A DNA stretch of 64,000 nt from Bacteroidaceae bacterium (GCA_963606955.1 CAVDAS010000001.1:31871-95870); one strand, 5' to 3'; numbered from the stretch's first letter, positions 41,417 to 53,960 are shown. A program made the numbers and translations. The notes: a model not told the origin generated them from the sequence alone.

Positions 41417-44400
41417 CTATTGTACTAATTTTATAGAAATAGTTACTTCTTCACCTTCAATATCCCACTGTTTAGTATAAACATCTTCATCATTTAAACA
41501 TTCATTTCCATCAGAGCTAGTTAAACTGCGAGCTCTAATCTCATTAGTAATAAATTCAGATTGTGGAACTATTAATTCTTTAAATTCGGAAGATGCACTT
41601 ACAACAGCATCAATATTAGCTTCTACATCTAAATCAAGGTCTTTTCTCATGTCTTGAACTCTTCTAATAAGTTCACGAGCCATAGCTTCTTGTTTAATTT
41701 CAGTAGTGACATTAGTATTTACAAATACATTACCAAATTCAAATTCAGAACTTACAAAATCATCAGGAAGCTCTGTATCGAATAAAACGTCATTACTATC
41801 TAATTCAAATGTTTTTCCATCAGCTTCAACAGTGAATTTACCTGTGTCATCTAATTCATTTTTAATTAAGTTACCGTCAGATTCTTCAAGATATTTTTTA
41901 ACAATACCCATATCTCCTTTAAGTCTAGGACCTAAAGTTTTAAGATTAGGTTTTGCATTAAATGATAAGTTTTCAAATTCACTAGCAGTTAAAACCTCTT
42001 TAGTGTTTGATTGGTCTTTAATAATATCTTGTAATTCATCAATAGCTCTGAGAACTTCCTCATCTTGAGATACAATAGTAATATCAGATACTGGCCATCT
42101 GAGTTTATATCTGGCTATGTCTCTTGCTCTTGCAGATGCTTCAATTACTTCCCTTACTACATCCATTTTTTGCTCTAAATCAGGATTGATTTTAGATTCA
42201 TCATATCCCCAGTCAATCATATGAATACTTTCAGGAGCATCATCATCAACTCCTTTAACTAAGTTTTCATAGATTTCTTCACAAACATGAGGAGCTATTG
42301 GGCATAAAACTGAAATTAATTTGTAAATAGCAGTGTATAGACTGTAATAAGCTCCAAGTTTATCTGGATCATCACTTTCTACCCAAGTTCTTCCACGAAT
42401 AAGTCTGACATACCAGCGACTTAAATCTTCTAATATGAAATTATTAATTTTTCTTGTAGCTTTATGGAAAGATAGCTCTTCTAAATCTTCACCAACTTCT
42501 TTTACTAAAGTATTAGCTCTAGATATAATCCAATTATCTTCATCTCTTAAAATAATGTCATCTTCACTTATTTCAGTTGGATTAAACTTATCTAAAGACA
42601 TGTAAGTAGTTGAAAATACATATACATTCCATAAAATATTAAACATTTTATTTACATTGAGTAATTCATCCCATACGAATTTTAAATCATCCCATGGTTT
42701 ACTTGCCCATAATAAATAGAATCTTAATACATCAGCACCATATTTTTCAATAACTTCTTCTGGAGAAACCACATTACCTAATGATTTACTCATTTTCTTA
42801 CCATGTTCATCTAAAACAAAACCATGCATTAATACTTTCTTATACGGTACTTGTCCCATTGAAATTACTCCAGTACCTAATTGTGAGTAGAACCAACCTC
42901 TAGTTTGGTCATGACCTTCTGTAATAAAGTCATAAGGGAACCATTGGCTGAATTTGTCTTGTTTTTGAGGATAGTATAGGGAAGCCCATCCAGCTACTCC
43001 TGAGTCAATCCAAACATCTAAAACATCAGGAATTCTTTTTACCTCAGATCCGCATTTATCACATTTCATGGTGATTTCATCAACATATGGTCTGTGAACA
43101 AGCTCATCATCACCAACAGAGATGTCATTTAAAGCTTCAGCTTTTAGCTCTTCTACAGAACCAATTACTTTTAGCTCACCACAATCAGGACATTCCCAAA
43201 TAGGAATTGGAATACCCCAGTATCTTTGTCTTGAAATAGTCCAGTCTTTAGCATTGTCTACCCAATCTCTAAATCTTCCTTGACCTGCCCACTGTGGCAC
43301 CCATTCTACTTTGTCAATTTCATCAAGCATTTTTTGTTTAATGTCTGTTACTTTTAAGAACCATTGTTTAGTAGCTAAGTATATAATCGGAGTTTTACAT
43401 CTCCAACATACTCCGTATCTGTGTTCTATTGTTTCACTACGATACATTAAACCTTTATTTTCTAAATCAGCTATAATTTTATCATTATCAGATTTACAGA
43501 ATTCACCAGCATATTTACCTGCATCATCAGTAAAGTTACCACTTTCATCAACAGGACAAAATATTGGTAAATCATAAGTTTTACCTATTTCAAAATCGTC
43601 CGGACCGTGTCCTGGTGCTGTATGTACAAATCCAGTACCTTCACCAAGTTCTACATGATCTCCAGGTAAAATAGTGTGAACATTTTCATTTTTATCAAAT
43701 TCATCATGTATTGGAACTTCACTTTCTAATGGATATGTGTAAGATTTATGAAGTAAACTTTCACCTTTAACAACTTTAACTACTTCATAAACTACTTCTG
43801 TTTCTTCTATAATCTTATCTTCTTCATCTTCATTTTCAGCTGGTATTTTAGTTTTATGTACAATAGTAGCTGGCCCTAAAACTGTTTCCAATAAGTTTTG
43901 AGCAAGAAGTAATATTTCTCCATCAATTTTAACAGCTGCATAATCAAATTCAGGATTTACACAGATAGCTAAGTTTGCAGGAAGTGTCCAAGGAGTTGTT
44001 GTCCATACTAGGAAATATTCATCCAAATCACTGTCTTCCAATATTGGAGTTTTAACTGGGAATTTAACAAAAATTGAAGGGTCTACTTTTTCTTCATAAT
44101 CAATTTCTGCTGCAGCTAATGCTGTTTCACAATGAGGACACCAGCTAATTACTCTTTTATCATTTACAAGTAAATTTTGTTCATTAGCTCTTTTTAAAGT
44201 CCACCATGCAGATTCCATATATTTAGGATCTAAAGTCATGTATGGGTCATCCCAATCCATCCAAACTCCTAAATCATCGAATTCTTTTTCCATAGCTAAT
44301 TTATTGTCTATTGCGAATTCTTTACATTTATCAACGAATTTAGCTATTCCGATGTTTTCTTCAATTTCCTGTTTACTTTTAATACCCATTAATTCTTCCA

Positions 44401-44689
44401 CTTTGTGTTCAATTGGAAGACCATGCATATCCCATCCAGCTTGTCTTCTTAAGCTAAATCCATTCATACTTTTATAACGTAAGTAAGAATCTTTAATAAC
44501 TTTATTCCAAGCTGTTCCTAAGTGTATTTTACCACTACAATATGGAGGTCCATCTAAAAAAGAATATTGAGGGCCGTTAGCTCTAAGTTTATTTACTTTA
44601 GAAAAAGTATCTCCTTCTTGCCAGAAGTTTTGAATCTTTTTTTCTATTTTTTTATGATCATATGATTTATCTGCCTCTTTTATTGGCAT
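41417..44689 (-). CDS. ileS: Isoleucyl-tRNA synthetase
   Basis: 1090 aa. HIGH-type motif [21 protein letters not shown] (KKMSKSLGN), a CP1 editing insertion and zinc Cys pairs (CPHC; CWRC; CPDCG; CDKCG). Confidence 0.95.
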   Translation of the reverse strand: MPIKEADKSYDHKKIEKKIQNFWQEGDTFSKVNKLRANGPQYSFLDGPPYCSGKIHLGTAWNKVIKDSYLRYKSMNGFSLRRQAGWDMHGLPIEHKVEELMGIKSKQEIEENIGIAKFVDKCKEFAIDNKLAMEKEFDDLGVWMDWDDPYMTLDPKYMESAWWTLKRANEQNLLVNDKRVISWCPHCETALAAAEIDYEEKVDPSIFVKFPVKTPILEDSDLDEYFLVWTTTPWTLPANLAICVNPEFDYAAVKIDGEILLLAQNLLETVLGPATIVHKTKIPAENEDEEDKIIEETEVVYEVVKVVKGESLLHKSYTYPLESEVPIHDEFDKNENVHTILPGDHVELGEGTGFVHTAPGHGPDDFEIGKTYDLPIFCPVDESGNFTDDAGKYAGEFCKSDNDKIIADLENKGLMYRSETIEHRYGVCWRCKTPIIYLATKQWFLKVTDIKQKMLDEIDKVEWVPQWAGQGRFRDWVDNAKDWTISRQRYWGIPIPIWECPDCGELKVIGSVEELKAEALNDISVGDDELVHRPYVDEITMKCDKCGSEVKRIPDVLDVWIDSGVAGWASLYYPQKQDKFSQWFPYDFITEGHDQTRGWFYSQLGTGVISMGQVPYKKVLMHGFVLDEHGKKMSKSLGNVVSPEEVIEKYGADVLRFYLLWASKPWDDLKFVWDELLNVNKMFNILWNVYVFSTTYMSLDKFNPTEISEDDIILRDEDNWIISRANTLVKEVGEDLEELSFHKATRKINNFILEDLSRWYVRLIRGRTWVESDDPDKLGAYYSLYTAIYKLISVLCPIAPHVCEEIYENLVKGVDDDAPESIHMIDWGYDESKINPDLEQKMDVVREVIEASARARDIARYKLRWPVSDITIVSQDEEVLRAIDELQDIIKDQSNTKEVLTASEFENLSFNAKPNLKTLGPRLKGDMGIVKKYLEESDGNLIKNELDDTGKFTVEADGKTFELDSNDVLFDTELPDDFVSSEFEFGNVFVNTNVTTEIKQEAMARELIRRVQDMRKDLDLDVEANIDAVVSASSEFKELIVPQSEFITNEIRARSLTSSDGNECLNDEDVYTKQWDIEGEEVTISIKLVQ

Positions 44690-44746
44690 ATTAATTCTCC
44701 CTATACTAATAAGTAAGTTAATTGATATATTGTGTTGAATAATTTT

Positions 44747-44782
44747 AAAAAAAAATAAAAATCTCCAAGTAACTAGAGATTT
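44747..44782 (-). terminator. Hairpin plus oligo-T terminator downstream of the SAM synthetase gene
   Basis: Read on the minus strand, it is AAATCTC-(10 nt)-GAGATTT followed by TTATTTTTTTTT. A second perfect 7-bp hairpin, CATAGTT-attc-AACTATG, lies at 44818-44835. Confidence 0.5.
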
Positions 44783-44854
44783 AATTTAGTTGAAAAAACG
44801 AGAAAGGAAATTTAATACATAGTTATTCAACTATGATTAAATCACACCTAAAAT

Positions 44855-46060
44855 CTAAAATGTTCTTGTTTTTCCTTGAACAACATTTTCGGTAATAATT
44901 GATATATCTTCAAGCCACCTGTCAACAATTTGTTCTACTTTTTTATCAACATCTTCAAGTTTAACACCATCTTCTAAGATAACTTGAGTAGAAGCTGCTT
45001 TTGGTTGATCAATAGGTTTACCAATTTGACTTAAAATCATAACATTCATTTGTTTGATTCCTTCAACGTTTGCAATAACATCATTAGCTATTTCATTAGA
45101 TAATATATTGTAAATTTTACCTACGTGGTTAATAGGATTTTTACCAGAACTAGCTTCCATAGACATTGGCCTGCATGGAGTGATTAATCCATTAGCTCTG
45201 TTTCCTCTACCTACAGAACCATCGTCACCCATTTCAGCAGAAGTACCAGTTACAGTTAAGTAATAACCAGATTCATCAGTTGCATCGTCATTATCTGCAG
45301 TGTTAACAAATACTTCAACTTCTCTGTTAGTGTATTTAGTTGCAAGGTCTGCCACAATGTCTTTTAATCCTTCACGAACAGCAATGTATTCTTCCCTATT
45401 TGCAACAAATTTTGAAACCATTGCACAACCAATAGTTAAAGTAATTTTTTCTCCTTCTCTTAAACCCATTACTTTAATATCTTCACCAACAGCAGGATGT
45501 TTAGCTTTGAAATCTTTGGAGTTTAATAATTCTTCAGTAGCTTTAACTAAAGTTTCAGTTTCTGAAAATGGAGCATAACCTACACCAAATGAAGTATCAT
45601 TAGAAGAAGGTGCACCTTCTCTTTTAAATACATCTACTAAATCCCCAGATCCGTGTCCAATTTTACATTCTACAACAGTATCTAATTCAACATCTAAATT
45701 AATAATAGTGTCATCTAAGAAATTCTTAGCTGCTTCAATAGCTACTCTGTCAAGAGGGAATTTAACTCCATCGTATTCTGAAACTCCCCTACCAGTTAAT
45801 AAAATATCGATAGGTTTTAAGACTTTACCCCCACCAAATTGAGGATTAGATTCACCTGCAGTAATTTGAACTTCATCAGTATTATGGTGAAGAACTCCAC
45901 CTAATTCATCCATATACATTTTACATAAAGCTTCACTTACAGTTTCACCAATACCATCACTAATACTGTCTGGATGACCTATACCTTTTCTTTCAACGAT
46001 TTCAATACCGATATCTTCAATATAAGTTTGATTTAATTCTTTTACAATTATGTTTCTCAT
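44855..46060 (-). CDS. mat: S-adenosylmethionine synthetase, archaeal type
   Basis: 401 aa. [12 protein letters not shown] near the N-terminus is typical of the archaeal MAT family. Confidence 0.92.
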   Translation of the reverse strand: MRNIIVKELNQTYIEDIGIEIVERKGIGHPDSISDGIGETVSEALCKMYMDELGGVLHHNTDEVQITAGESNPQFGGGKVLKPIDILLTGRGVSEYDGVKFPLDRVAIEAAKNFLDDTIINLDVELDTVVECKIGHGSGDLVDVFKREGAPSSNDTSFGVGYAPFSETETLVKATEELLNSKDFKAKHPAVGEDIKVMGLREGEKITLTIGCAMVSKFVANREEYIAVREGLKDIVADLATKYTNREVEVFVNTADNDDATDESGYYLTVTGTSAEMGDDGSVGRGNRANGLITPCRPMSMEASSGKNPINHVGKIYNILSNEIANDVIANVEGIKQMNVMILSQIGKPIDQPKAASTQVILEDGVKLEDVDKKVEQIVDRWLEDISIITENVVQGKTRTF

Positions 46061-46232
46061 TTTATCAACACTATAATCATTTATTTATATTATATTTTTT
46101 TAGTTTAATTAATAAATAAATGTATGGGATTTTAACTCTAAAATCTATTTAAAGTAAATTTCTTAAAACAAAAGCAATATTCCAAAATCAGATTCTAAAA
46201 ACTTAAAAATAATAAAAACAAAATTTAAGCTA

Positions 46233-46586
46233 ATGAAACAAGGAATTTATAATAGAACTACTAATAAAACCATCAAGATAAAAATTAAATTTGCAAATAG
46301 CTATTTCAAACGATTGAAAGGATTGATGTTTAAAAAAAATATTGACTATGGTCTTGTTTTTATTACGAAAGCTAAAACTAGATTTAAATGTGGAATCCAT
46401 ACTTCATTTATGAAATTTAACATAGATGTGTATTTTTTAGATGAAAATTTAAGAATATTCGATATAAAAACTCTAAAACCCTGGGAAAATTATACTCCTT
46501 TAAAAAAAGCAGATTATATAATTGAGTTTGAAGAAAATAAAATGAAAAATAAATTAAAAAAAGGAGATGAAATAGAATTCATCTAA
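46233..46586 (+). CDS. DUF192 domain protein
   Basis: 117 aa. The FKRLKGLMFKK...GLVF pattern is typical of DUF192 (COG1430). Confidence 0.65.
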   Translation: MKQGIYNRTTNKTIKIKIKFANSYFKRLKGLMFKKNIDYGLVFITKAKTRFKCGIHTSFMKFNIDVYFLDENLRIFDIKTLKPWENYTPLKKADYIIEFEENKMKNKLKKGDEIEFI

Positions 46587-47284
46587 TAATCTTTTAAAAA
46601 GTCCAATAAATCATAAGGGCTTTCAAAAATCTCAATATCTCCAATACTAGCTAATTTTTTAGTATTTTCAATATCAATATCTCGCATATACATAGTTATA
46701 ATTTTACCTTCAGAAATTGCTCCATTTGGACATGCGTCCTTACAAAGTCCACATCCAACACACTTTAACAGGTCAATTTCTTTGTGAGGAATAATAGCTT
46801 TTTGATTACAAGCTAAAGATGCAACACACTCATCACAACCCTCACATTTAGAAACTTCCATTTTTGAAGGTAAAACTGTATCAATAGGACCTGGATGGAT
46901 ATCTACTGGAACTATAAGTGTTTTAACAGCTCCTTTACCAGCCTGAGCAACAGCATTTGTAACTAAAGTATCAGAGATACCGCAAACAATCTTTGCAACT
47001 GTATTAGCAGTAGCTGGAGTTACAACTAGTAAATCATATTTACCAAGTGAAAGCCTTCCAGTAATTGGATAGCTAAATTTTTGAGTTCTATCAGTAGCTA
47101 ATTCCCTATATTTTCCACCAGTTAAACTAACTACTCTTTCATAAAGACCATACATCTTTAAAACATCTTCACCAGCACCAGATAAAAATATAGTTAATTC
47201 ATGATCTTTAGCTAGTTTTTCAGCTACCTGAACAGACTCATTAAGTAAATGACCAGCTCCAGTAAATGCAAATCCTATTCTCAT
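46583..47284 (-). CDS. dmrX: Flavoprotein with 2x[4Fe-4S] ferredoxin domain, DmrX-like (putative dihydromethanopterin reductase)
   Basis: N-terminal flavoprotein fold (GFAFTGAGH...VTPATANTVAKI) fused to CxxCxxC..C and CVGCGLCKDACP motifs. It lies directly upstream of glyA. Confidence 0.6.
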   Translation of the reverse strand: MRIGFAFTGAGHLLNESVQVAEKLAKDHELTIFLSGAGEDVLKMYGLYERVVSLTGGKYRELATDRTQKFSYPITGRLSLGKYDLLVVTPATANTVAKIVCGISDTLVTNAVAQAGKGAVKTLIVPVDIHPGPIDTVLPSKMEVSKCEGCDECVASLACNQKAIIPHKEIDLLKCVGCGLCKDACPNGAISEGKIITMYMRDIDIENTKKLASIGDIEIFESPYDLLDFLKDY

Positions 47285-47289
47285 ATTAT

Positions 47290-48558
47290 CTAAAGTTTAT
47301 GGAATTTATAACCTTCTTTTTTAGAGAATGAATAATGAACAGTAGTGTATTGTGCCATGAATTCACGTACTTCATCTTTAATGTTTTCTTTATCAACAGC
47401 AACTCTTTTAATGAATTCAGCTACTTCATCCATTTCTTTTTCTTTTAATCCTCTTCTAGTGATTTCCTGAGTTCCTATTCTTAAACCAGATGGGTTGTCA
47501 CTATCATTTACATCATCACCAGGAAGGAGATTTTTATTTAAAATAACATCATTATTAGCTAAATCAGAAGCAATGTCACTAGCACTTCTAATATTTGAAA
47601 CATCAATAGCTAATTGGTGAGATTCTGTGAAACCTAATTCTTCGCATAATACATTAAATCCACGTTCATATAAGCTTTGAGCTAATGCTTTAGAGTTTTT
47701 AACAATTTGTTTAGCATAATCTTGTCCAAACTCTAACATTTCTGCAGAAGCAATTCCTAAACCAGCTAAGTGGTGAAGGTGGTGGTTACTTACAACACCA
47801 GGGAATACTGCATTATCAATAACTTCTTTGTTTTCTTTATGAGAAAGAATAATTCCTCCTTGTGGACCCGGGAATGATTTATGAGTACTTCCCATCATTA
47901 AATCTGCTCCTTCAGCTATTGGTTGTTGGAATTGGCCTCCAGCAATAAGTCCTAAAACATGAGCAGCATCATACATAATTTTAGCTCCAACTTCATCAGC
48001 TGCTTCACGAGCTTCTTTTACAGGATGTGGGAATAAGAATAAACTTCCTCCAAAAAGAACTATTTTTGGTTTTTCTTCAAGGATTTTTTTATTCATTGCA
48101 TCAATGTCAATATTCATGATTTCTTTGTTAAAAGGTTGACTTATAGTTTTTAAACCAGCAATTCCTGCTGCACTAACATTAGCATGACTAATATGTCCTC
48201 CATAAGGAACATCTAATGCCATTAATTTATCCCCGTAGTTAGAATATCCAAAGAATGCTGCTAAATTAGCTGTTACACCGGAAATTGGTTGTACATTTGC
48301 ATAATCAACATTGAATAATTTTTTAGATAAATCGATAACTTTGTCTTCGATTTCATCAATATATTGACATCCTTCATATAATCTTTCGTGAGATTGTCCT
48401 TCTGCATATCTATGTGCTAAATCAGAAGCTACAGCCTCAGTTACATCTGAACTTGTAATATTTTCACTAGCAATGAGATTTATACTATTTCTCATATAAT
48501 TAGTGTGTTCTTTCATTATTCTTTCAAATTCTAAAACTTCATTATGATAATCAGTCAT
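47290..48558 (-). CDS. glyA: Serine hydroxymethyltransferase (H4MPT-dependent in methanogens)
   Basis: 422 aa. PLP-Lys motif [13 protein letters not shown]. Confidence 0.93.
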   Translation of the reverse strand: MTDYHNEVLEFERIMKEHTNYMRNSINLIASENITSSDVTEAVASDLAHRYAEGQSHERLYEGCQYIDEIEDKVIDLSKKLFNVDYANVQPISGVTANLAAFFGYSNYGDKLMALDVPYGGHISHANVSAAGIAGLKTISQPFNKEIMNIDIDAMNKKILEEKPKIVLFGGSLFLFPHPVKEAREAADEVGAKIMYDAAHVLGLIAGGQFQQPIAEGADLMMGSTHKSFPGPQGGIILSHKENKEVIDNAVFPGVVSNHHLHHLAGLGIASAEMLEFGQDYAKQIVKNSKALAQSLYERGFNVLCEELGFTESHQLAIDVSNIRSASDIASDLANNDVILNKNLLPGDDVNDSDNPSGLRIGTQEITRRGLKEKEMDEVAEFIKRVAVDKENIKDEVREFMAQYTTVHYSFSKKEGYKFHKL

Positions 48559-48712
48559 TTACTACACCTAAGTATCCAATTAGTATTAAATTAACGATAC
48601 ACTAATGATTTATATTTATCTTATAATATAAGATTTTTGCAGTAAATTTAAAAAAATAAATTGAAATTAATAAAAGAAAGTAAAACAAGTTATAGACTAT
48701 TAAAAAAAGTTT

Positions 48713-48744
48713 AAATCAAAAAAAGAATTGGAGATAAAAATCTC
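48713..48744 (-). terminator. Hairpin plus oligo-T terminator after hdrA
   Basis: Read on the minus strand, GGAGAT-tttt-ATCTCC sits 6 nt after the stop and is followed by AATTCTTTTTTT. Confidence 0.6.
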
Positions 48745-48749
48745 CGCAT

Positions 48750-50738
48750 CTATTTACCTACGTTTTCAAGAGCAGCACTGATTTGTGCCATAATTTGATC
48801 GGTTTTGAAGTGTTGTTGATCCATAGCACCAGATGGACATGCACCTACACAAGTACCACATCCTTTACATAATGCAGCATTGATTTCAGCATGAGCTCCT
48901 TCGCCTTCTCCAGTAATGGAAATAGCACCATATGGACATAATTCAACACAAACTTCACAAGCACCACAAATTACATCGTCAGTACGTGCAATAATAGGTT
49001 CGATTTCTACTTGACCTTTAGCCATTGGGATAGCTGCTCTGGATGCTGCAGCTGAACCTTGTGCTACGGAGTCAGGAATATCTTTAGGACCTTGTGCTAC
49101 ACCAGCAATGTAAACACCATCAGTTAAGGTGTCAACAGGTCTGAGTTTAGGGTGAGCTTCCATAAAGAATCCGTCTGAGGATTTGGAAACACCTAAAGTT
49201 TGTCTGAGTTCTTCTGAACCTTCAGGGTGTTCAAGACCAATACTTAAAACAACTAAATCGTAGGTGTATTCAGTTACTTTTCCAAGTAAAGTGTCTTCTG
49301 CTCTGATAGTTAAAGTTAAATCATCGTTTTCGAAGATTTGAGCAGGTTTACCTCTGATAAATTCAATACCATATTTTTCTTGAGAGGTTTTGTAGAACTC
49401 TTCGTATCCTTTACCAAATGCACGAATATCCATGTAGTAACAGGTTACTTCGGTATCTGGTTCGTGGTCAATACATAATTGAGCGTTTTTCATAGAGTAC
49501 ATACAACATACTCTGGAACAATATGGTTTACCGATTTGTTCATCCCTAGAACCAACACAGTGGATGAATGCAACACGTTCAGGTTCTTTACCATCAGATG
49601 GTTTTATAACGTGTCCACCAGTAGGACCAGATGCGTTAATCATCCTTTCAATTTCCATACCAGTAATTACATTAGTGAAACGACCGTATCCGTATTGGTA
49701 AATACCTGATGGGTCGAATGGGTCGTAACCAGTAGCTGCGATAATAGTACCAACATCAAGTTTAATTTCAGATGGTTGTTGATTGTGGTCAATAGCTCCA
49801 CGTTCACAAGCTTGGTCACATAACATACATTCAATACAGTAATCTTTATCAATTGTTGCACATAATGGTACAGCTTGAGGGAATGGAATGTAAGCAGCTT
49901 TTACCATACCTACACCTTCGTCGTAGTAGTTAGGTATTTCAATTGGACAAGCTTCTACACAAGATCCACATCCTGTACAATCTTCTTCGATTACGTATCT
50001 TGCTTTTTTACCTATAGTTACATGGAAGTTACCAATGTATCCGTCTACTTTTTTAACTTCTGCATAGGTAATTAATTCGATGTTTTCATGTTTGGAAACG
50101 TCTACCATTTTTGGTGCTAAAATACACATTGAACAGTCAAGAGTTGGGAAAGTTTTATCTAATTGTCCCATCCTACCACCAATGGTAGGGTGTCTTTCGA
50201 CCATGTAAGTTTTAAAGCCCATGTCACCTAAATCTAAAGCGGTTTGGATACCACATACTCCACCACCGATAACTAATGCTTTGTTATCTACTGCTACTTT
50301 AGTAGCTTCTAATGGTTCGAGTAATCTTGCTTTAGCAACAGCCATACGAGTTAAATCTTTAGCTTTTTCAGTTGCTGCTTCAGGTTCGTTCATGTGTACC
50401 CAAGAATCTTGTTCCCTTAAGTTTGCAAATTCAAATAAAAATTTGTTTAATCCAGCTTCTTCTACACATCTACGGAAAGTAGGTTCGTGAAGACGAGGAG
50501 AACATGCAGCTACAACAACCCTATTAAGGTTGTTAGCTTTAATATCTTCTTGAATCATTAATTGACCTGGGTCAGAACACATGTATTTGTAATCCTTTGC
50601 TACAACAACATCAGGCAAAGTACTTGCGTATTCTGCGACATCCGGACAGTCTACAACTCCACCAACGTTTACACCACAGTGACAGACGTAAACACCAATC
50701 CTTAATTCTTCATTATTATCTCTTTTTTCTTCTGCCAT
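48750..50738 (-). CDS. hdrA: Heterodisulfide reductase subunit A
   Basis: 662 aa. FAD motif [12 protein letters not shown] and several CxxCxxCxxxCP ferredoxin motifs. The N-terminal CHCGVN cluster is typical of HdrA. There is no in-frame TGA, so this is the Cys form. Confidence 0.93.
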   Translation of the reverse strand: MAEEKRDNNEELRIGVYVCHCGVNVGGVVDCPDVAEYASTLPDVVVAKDYKYMCSDPGQLMIQEDIKANNLNRVVVAACSPRLHEPTFRRCVEEAGLNKFLFEFANLREQDSWVHMNEPEAATEKAKDLTRMAVAKARLLEPLEATKVAVDNKALVIGGGVCGIQTALDLGDMGFKTYMVERHPTIGGRMGQLDKTFPTLDCSMCILAPKMVDVSKHENIELITYAEVKKVDGYIGNFHVTIGKKARYVIEEDCTGCGSCVEACPIEIPNYYDEGVGMVKAAYIPFPQAVPLCATIDKDYCIECMLCDQACERGAIDHNQQPSEIKLDVGTIIAATGYDPFDPSGIYQYGYGRFTNVITGMEIERMINASGPTGGHVIKPSDGKEPERVAFIHCVGSRDEQIGKPYCSRVCCMYSMKNAQLCIDHEPDTEVTCYYMDIRAFGKGYEEFYKTSQEKYGIEFIRGKPAQIFENDDLTLTIRAEDTLLGKVTEYTYDLVVLSIGLEHPEGSEELRQTLGVSKSSDGFFMEAHPKLRPVDTLTDGVYIAGVAQGPKDIPDSVAQGSAAASRAAIPMAKGQVEIEPIIARTDDVICGACEVCVELCPYGAISITGEGEGAHAEINAALCKGCGTCVGACPSGAMDQQHFKTDQIMAQISAALENVGK

Positions 50739-51083
50739 ATTTAATTCACCTTGTACAAGTCGTGAAAATAATCTAATTATTAATAAAAATTTAATGTGAA
50801 AAAAAAATATTATAATTTTTAGAAATTAATTAGATATTAAATATGTAGTAAAGCCACATTAATAAAGATTTCTATAGAAATAGGTGAGTAAAGTTTATAT
50901 AATATGAAAAAAAGAATGGTTTAAAATTGTTGTTTAAGCTAAAAAACAATGGAAATTAGGTCTTAAAAAGCTAAAAAATAATAACAATTATTCTTTAAGA
51001 AAACTAATAAATTTAGGCGAAGTTAAATTTCAAATTTTTAGGCCCATAAAATATATTTAACTTCCAAAATGAAATCCTTAGTT

Positions 51084-52739
51084 TTAGATATTATAACGTA
51101 ACCAAGTATAATAATACAATTCCAATAAACGTTCTTGTTTTACATAATCCTTTTGAATTTCAGGCTGAGGATCTACTGTTCTAATTCTAACATTAAAGTT
51201 AGATTTCTCTTTTTTAACCTTTAGCTCAATATTTCCTAAAGGCTTGCCTTTAATATTTGATGAAATTTCACTTATTACAGAATTTAAATCATTTACAATA
51301 CTTTTATCACTGATAAACTCAACAATTTCCTGAGAAATTTCACCATTGAACTCAATAACTTGATTTAATACATTACTTTCTTTTTCAAGTAAGAAAAATC
51401 CTTTTAAAATATTAGAATATCTAGAGATAATAAAGTTAAACAATACCATAGCTAGGAATAATATAGCTTCTGTAAGTGTAAATGCCCACCATAAACCATC
51501 AATTCCAATAATAGGGCATAATAATAAACTTATAATGATTAATCCACCAAATCCTTCAACAATACTTATGATAAGTGCATAAATTTTTCTTCCAGCAATT
51601 TGGGCGTATGTCATGAATAAAATGATAGTTCCTCTAAATAAATACATACCTGAGAAAATCAAAAGCCCATGTATTACATATGGAATTGTAACTGGGTTTG
51701 TTATATTATACATTATTAAAAATAACTTTGGATAACATGCAGATATTAAAAATAAAAATACACAGCAGATTAATTGAAACTTCATTCCCACATTTAATAC
51801 TTTTTTAATCCCATCAAAATCATTTTGACCATACATTAAACTAGCAAGAGGTATTATAGAACATACTAATCCAGTAATTATAATTCCACAAATCGATAAT
51901 GTTTGAAAACAAACCGCATAAGTAGTTACTCCATTAACACCCTCATAAACTAAACCTATGTGATTTCCAAAAACTGTTTTAATAGCAAATGCAAGTTGAG
52001 TTATTGCAGGAGGTAAACCTATCCAAATCAAAGGAGCAATTAAAGATTTATCTATAGAACTGATTTTAATGAATTTAAATGGAATTTTATTCCTTTTTAT
52101 AATAACCAAAATCATAATTAAAGCTATAAAATGACCCATTGTTGTAGCTAATGCAGATGCTGCAACCCCCATTGATAAACATTTGATTAAAATTATATCA
52201 AATATCAAATTTAAAATATTTGCACTGAAAACTACTAATGTAGAATATTTAGGTTCCCCATAAACTGGGAATAAAAAAATAAATGCCTCTACAGGAATTA
52301 TTATCGGTGCACTAATAAGTAATATCCTCACTAAATCTTCAAACCCTGGCTGGATTCTATTTGAGGATAATACACCAGCTATTTCATGTGAGAAAAAAAA
52401 TCCTACTACCATCACAATTATTGAAAATAATATTAAAAAAATCACAGCTAAGCTAACAGCTTGATCTGCCCGATTTTTATTTTGTTGACCAATAAATTTA
52501 GAGTATAAAATAGCCCCGGAGTTTCCGAACAATACTGCAACTAAACAAAGTATTAAAAATGTAGGAAATGCCATGTTTACTAACGCTAGTGCATGACTTC
52601 CAATAAGGTTTGCAACAACAATCCCATCAACAAATTCATTTAAAGAAACAGCAATAGCTGTCATTATACTGGGAATTAAAAAATATTTAAATGCTTTATT
52701 TGCATTTTTATTCTCAAACTTGTGGTTTAATTTAAACAT
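51084..52739 (-). CDS. MATE family efflux transporter with a ~113-aa C-terminal soluble extension
   Basis: 12 predicted TM helices over the first ~440 aa (MATE-like N-terminus NKAFKYFLIPSI). The hydrophilic tail is encoded at 51084-51425. Confidence 0.75.
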   Translation of the reverse strand: MFKLNHKFENKNANKAFKYFLIPSIMTAIAVSLNEFVDGIVVANLIGSHALALVNMAFPTFLILCLVAVLFGNSGAILYSKFIGQQNKNRADQAVSLAVIFLILFSIIVMVVGFFFSHEIAGVLSSNRIQPGFEDLVRILLISAPIIIPVEAFIFLFPVYGEPKYSTLVVFSANILNLIFDIILIKCLSMGVAASALATTMGHFIALIMILVIIKRNKIPFKFIKISSIDKSLIAPLIWIGLPPAITQLAFAIKTVFGNHIGLVYEGVNGVTTYAVCFQTLSICGIIITGLVCSIIPLASLMYGQNDFDGIKKVLNVGMKFQLICCVFLFLISACYPKLFLIMYNITNPVTIPYVIHGLLIFSGMYLFRGTIILFMTYAQIAGRKIYALIISIVEGFGGLIIISLLLCPIIGIDGLWWAFTLTEAILFLAMVLFNFIISRYSNILKGFFLLEKESNVLNQVIEFNGEISQEIVEFISDKSIVNDLNSVISEISSNIKGKPLGNIELKVKKEKSNFNVRIRTVDPQPEIQKDYVKQERLLELYYYTWLRYNI

Positions 52740-52896
52740 GGTTTATCTCACAAATATTATCGCTTCATGCTGCTATATGATTTCAAGTAAACAACACTAA
52801 TTATTAAAAAAAATAGATATAATATTATTTTCTATAAACATCTAATACTTAATATATTGTATAAATGAGCATATAAAAGTTCCATTAAAATATTTT

Positions 52897-52925
52897 GAAA
52901 AAAATAAAAAGAACAGAAACTGTTC
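52897..52925 (-). terminator. Hairpin plus oligo-T terminator after the AEC transporter gene
   Basis: Read on the minus strand, GAACAG-ttt-CTGTTC (52911-52925) is followed by TTTTTATTTTTTT. Confidence 0.6.
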
Positions 52926-52937
52926 ATAATTCAAGAT

Positions 52938-53843
52938 TTATAAAATTGACATGATAATTGGCAATGTTATTAATGAAATAACTGTATTTATTAAAATACA
53001 ATCTGACGTTAATTCATAATCTAATTTATAAGTAATAGCCAATACTAAAGACAACATACCAGAAGGCATAGCTGCCTCAATAATTCCTATATCATGTTGT
53101 AAGTCAGCAAGACCTAACAATGATACAACAACAAAAGCAATTAATGGAAATACACCTAATTTAATAATAGAAGTGAAAATAACCATTGATTTACTTCTAG
53201 TAAGACCATCAAGATTAATTGATAAACCAAGTGAAATCATGATTAATGGAATAGCACCATCACCAAGATAACCAATTGTTTTATCTAAAACCGGACCAAT
53301 AGGAATGTTTAATAAATTAAATGAAATACCTAAAACAACGGCCCATAATGGAGGAAATAATAATATTTTCTTAAGTGCTGTTTTAACAGTTCCTCCAAAT
53401 TTAAGCATAAGGACAAATGATAATATTAAAAACATACAGGTTGTAGCTAAATCACAAAATATAGCTCTTAAAAATCCAGAATTTCCAAAAACACCTAAAT
53501 TAACAGGATATCCCATAAATGCTGTATTAGCTATCATTACTGTTACTAAAACACTCCACAATTTTTTATCATCATAATGAAGTCTTTTAAGAACAATATA
53601 AGAAATAACTCCTGATCCAATAGATGCTATAAAAATGACAAAAGGTAAAATTCCTAAAACAGGCAATAGACTCATATCTGCAGAATAAAGCGCATAAAAA
53701 ATCATACAAGGCATAAGAACATACACTACAATATTATTTAAGGAACCAATATCTTTTTCACTTAAAAAATCTATTCTTTTAAGAACATAACCTACACCAA
53801 TCATTAAAACAATAGATAAAATTGTAATTTCAATTGCATTCAT
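52938..53843 (-). CDS. AEC (auxin efflux carrier) family transporter
   Basis: 301 aa with about 10 TM segments. The N-terminal pattern IVLMIGVGYVLKR and overall topology are typical of the Mem_trans/AEC family. Confidence 0.7.
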   Translation of the reverse strand: MNAIEITILSIVLMIGVGYVLKRIDFLSEKDIGSLNNIVVYVLMPCMIFYALYSADMSLLPVLGILPFVIFIASIGSGVISYIVLKRLHYDDKKLWSVLVTVMIANTAFMGYPVNLGVFGNSGFLRAIFCDLATTCMFLILSFVLMLKFGGTVKTALKKILLFPPLWAVVLGISFNLLNIPIGPVLDKTIGYLGDGAIPLIMISLGLSINLDGLTRSKSMVIFTSIIKLGVFPLIAFVVVSLLGLADLQHDIGIIEAAMPSGMLSLVLAITYKLDYELTSDCILINTVISLITLPIIMSIL

Positions 53844-53960
53844 ATTTAATACCTTCAGAGTATAAATATTGAATTATAATGTTTATAAACATTTGTTATA
53901 ACTAAAACAAAAAAATAGTAATACCCATTATATTTAGATTAAAAAAATGAGAATAAAAAA

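Noticed and set aside
48750-50738. A selenocysteine-containing HdrA.
   Set aside because: The ORF is uninterrupted with Cys codons throughout. There is no in-frame TGA.
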